A stretch of 64,000 bases of DNA, from the IMG/VR virus record IMGVR_UViG_3300037042_002125, positions 158,079 to 222,078 of that record; one strand, given 5' to 3'. How positions within the stretch are numbered: the first letter of the stretch is position 1; every line of letters starts with the position of its first letter. The position numbers and the translations under genes are program-made. A model generated the notes under the pieces. The model was not told the DNA's origin. It searched no databases and saw only the letters and a program-made list of their open reading frames with translations. Of the stretch, positions 62,856-64,000 are shown one piece after another.

Positions 62856-64000
62856 CTAGAAAGTAATGGAGCCGTTGCCGGTCCATGTATAGATGCGATA
62901 ACCACCTGCTACTGTGATAGTAGGAGAGCCCGTAGTTGCGGCAGCGTCTGCATAACTGTCTGCATAACGGATGACTACTATTCCAGAGCCACCTAACGAA
63001 GATGTATTAGAGCTGCCATCGCCTCCACCTCCGCCACCAGTATTTACTACTCCGTTCTCAGGAATGCTGCCGCTGCCGGCACCTGAACTTGAGCCGCCGC
63101 CACCTGAACCTCCTGATACTGTAGGTCCGTGATAATTACCACCAGCACCACCACCGGCATAATAAGTTTGAATTCCGGATATAGAGGATTGTAGACCACC
63201 GCCCGGATAACGACCGTATGCTGCTCCACCGGCTCCGCCGCCACCACCGGCTGAAGGACTGGACGTATTGCCACCCGAAAATCCTTGGCCGGACGTTCCA
63301 GTGCCAGCAGTTCCGTCAGGCGCAGACCCGCCACCGCCAGACCCACCAGATGCTCCTACTCTAACAACATCGACGATTCCGCCTCGCCCACCCCCTAGTG
63401 ATGTTATTGAGTGGAAAATTGAAGACAATCCAGATGCTTGTGCGACGCCGCCAGCGCCAACAGTTACGGGATAAGTTGTGCCGCTTGAGATTGCAAGTCC
63501 GGTGCCCGACCTAAATCCACCGCCACCACCGCCGCCTCCGCCACCATTGCCGTATCCAATGTTATTGCCACCACTACCACCACCAGCAACTACTAGATAT
63601 TCAACCGTACTCGTAGCAACCATAAGAGCGACATATAAACTAAAACTCCTATCGGTGACTTGATTTTGACCATCAGTTGCACGAATCACAAAGCTATATG
63701 TAGTTGAACTACTCAAGGTCGGGGCAATGCCTGATATAACGCCGGTGCTACTACTTAGTGAAACACCACTTGGCAATACTCCGGAATACAAGCTATACGT
63801 AACTGGTGCATCACCTGTTGCTGCAACAGTAATATTAACGCTATGTGAAACCGTAGCGGTGCCTAAACTCCCTGCTGCCGTTGTCCAAGCGGGTATACCG
63901 CTGTACGAGATACCCGGAACTGCGATGGCCGTTGCACCGTCTGTATTGACAAGGTAGACCGGGTACGTTCCAGCGGCCACGGCTGGTGCAGTGAAGGTGA
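62856..64000 (-). CDS. glycine-rich virion/tail protein with Ig-like domains, 5'-truncated by the window edge
   Basis: Ig repeat (G.LPSGVSL.S.TG.ISG), VEYLVVAGGG.GG, NTGGGGGG, GGSGIVVIRY, YRIYTWTG.GSITF. Confidence 0.8.
   Translation of the reverse strand, partial: TFTAPAVAAGTYPVYLVNTDGATAIAVPGISYSGIPAWTTAAGSLGTATVSHSVNITVAATGDAPVTYSLYSGVLPSGVSLSSSTGVISGIAPTLSSSTTYSFVIRATDGQNQVTDRSFSLYVALMVATSTVEYLVVAGGGSGGNNIGYGNGGGGGGGGGGFRSGTGLAISSGTTYPVTVGAGGVAQASGLSSIFHSITSLGGGRGGIVDVVRVGASGGSGGGGSAPDGTAGTGTSGQGFSGGNTSSPSAGGGGGAGGAAYGRYPGGGLQSSISGIQTYYAGGGAGGNYHGPTVSGGSGGGGSSSGAGSGSIPENGVVNTGGGGGGDGSSNTSSLGGSGIVVIRYADSYADAAATTGSPTITVAGGYRIYTWTGNGSITF

Noticed and set aside
1-64000. Stop-codon reassignment as in some large phages
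   Set aside because: Conserved genes are full length in the standard code and end with TAA, TAG or TGA at expected positions.

Overview
This window is a 64-kb segment of a large, probably jumbo, tailed dsDNA phage genome read in the standard genetic code. Its core gene set and order resemble, from memory, the RSL1/Lu11/PaBG-type jumbo phages; this is an inference and was not searched. The + strand arm (1-25.9 kb) carries a sigma-70-like factor, beta sliding clamp, SF2 helicase, degenerate DnaC-like loader, DnaB, an intein-containing large terminase, portal, a putative ADP-ribosyltransferase, NAD-dependent ligase, a tail fibre, a collagen-like protein, a SprT protease and a type IB topoisomerase. 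The - strand arm (25.9-64 kb) carries a Tad1-like anti-defence sponge, folE/queE/dUTPase/queD, MmcB, SbcCD, clamp loader, RecA, a glycosyltransferase/DUF2264/UDP-sugar dehydrogenase insert, an SSB with a very long charge-block tail, a family A polymerase, a ~10-kb modification island and a repeat-rich tail fibre. The strongest candidate for an undescribed system is the 49.4-59.3 kb island. It encodes an apparently self-contained PAPS supply (an APS kinase plus an APS kinase-nucleotidyltransferase fusion), two RaxST-like (tyrosine-type) sulfotransferases, a carbamoyltransferase, three glycosyltransferases and methyltransferases, next to a fibre whose repeats vary at fixed codons. Other notable items are an apparent homing-endonuclease-driven replacement of one queD by another, two phage promoter motifs (TGTAAATA and TAATTTHAT), a probable ATC start codon for dnaB and a ~106-nt structured intergenic element. 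All calls are motif recognition by eye; no database searches were run.
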